DNA of 24,000 nucleotides from Roseibium litorale (GTDB lineage Bacteria; Pseudomonadota; Alphaproteobacteria; Rhizobiales; Stappiaceae): NCBI RefSeq assembly GCF_014842915.1, contig NZ_JACYXI010000001.1, positions 569,887 to 593,886 of the forward strand, read 5' to 3'. Shown piece by piece: positions 23,631 to 24,000 of this stretch (position 1 is its first letter; each line of letters starts with the position of its first letter). The notes under the pieces were generated by a model. It saw only the letters and a program-made list of their open reading frames with translations, ran no database searches and was not told where the DNA came from. The position numbers and the translations under genes were made by a program.

Positions 23631-24000
23631 ATGATCCACGGTCTGTCCCGGCCGAAGAACCAGATTCGCTGGCTGCTGCTGGAGGGGATTTCCCCCACCG
23701 CCACCGCGATCCTGGAAAAAGCCGGCTACACCAATTACGAGCTTCTGCCGACCGCGCTGGACAAGGATGCCTTGATCGAGAAGCTTCAGGGCGTTCATAT
23801 CGTCGGCATCCGCTCGCGCACCCAGATCACCGCCGAGGTTCTGGAAGCGGCCAAGACGCTGGTTGCCGTTGGCTGTTTCTCCGTCGGCACCAACCAGGTG
23901 GATCTGGAAGCCGCGGTGAAGCTGGGCGTACCGGTGTTCAATGCGCCGTTCTCCAACACCCGCTCTGTCGCCGAACTGACCATTGCCGAAATCGTCATGC
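23631..24000 (+). CDS. serA: D-3-phosphoglycerate dehydrogenase, 5' part (runs off the window)
   Basis: My own translation from the ATG at 23631 gives MIHGLSRPKNQIRWLLLEGISPTATAILEKAGYTNYELLPTALDKDALIEKLQGVHIVGIRSRTQITAEVLEAAKTLVAVGCFSVGTNQVDLEAAVKLGVPVFNAPFSNTRSVAELTIAEIVM. It is co-linear with E. coli-type SerA (..IKFLLVEG.., GLRSRT, GCFCIGTNQVDL, GIPVFNAPFSNTRSVAEL). It is absent from the ORF track because there is no stop within the window. Confidence 0.93.
   Translation, partial: MIHGLSRPKNQIRWLLLEGISPTATAILEKAGYTNYELLPTALDKDALIEKLQGVHIVGIRSRTQITAEVLEAAKTLVAVGCFSVGTNQVDLEAAVKLGVPVFNAPFSNTRSVAELTIAEIVM

Overview
Chromosomal window of roughly 60% GC (judged by eye) with alphaproteobacterial character: CTTGAC-type promoter, an ald/Lrp divergent pair, DUF983, ilvIH with a leader peptide. 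The taxon cannot be fixed without a database search. I support about 25 protein genes, one tRNA-Lys(CTT), several clear intrinsic terminators and a few regulatory elements. Housekeeping content: a LysE-family exporter, a secreted His/Cys-rich protein (possibly delta-carbonic-anhydrase-like), pgi, trhO, ald with a divergent Lrp/AsnC regulator, an SMP-30/gluconolactonase-like protein, an OafA-like acyltransferase, ilvIH, a MocR-type regulator, a DUF983 protein, an arylamine N-acetyltransferase and the 5' part of serA. The stand-out content is an R-body (Reb, 'killing trait') gene set split over two loci. One is a monocistronic rebB at 3773-4093. The other lies about 7.4 kb away on the opposite strand and is an apparent operon: ECF sigma factor, then a short rebB, then a long divergent Reb-like protein (13199 down to 11489). 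By eye I find a shared TCAC-N15/16-GCGTC element, correctly oriented, upstream of the sigma gene, both rebB genes and an unidentifiable ORF pair (6252-7183). This suggests an autoregulated ECF regulon that also recruits unknown genes. Other items worth a look: a tandem triplication of glycine-zipper lipoprotein genes whose first two copies differ only synonymously across a 58-codon core, a secreted protein made of six ~23-aa repeats, an ilv leader peptide that uses rare branched-chain codons ahead of an attenuator terminator, and a lower-GC patch with orphan ORFs just upstream of serA. No CRISPR array, transposase, integrase or rRNA was seen. All homology calls come from motif recognition by eye, not from searches.
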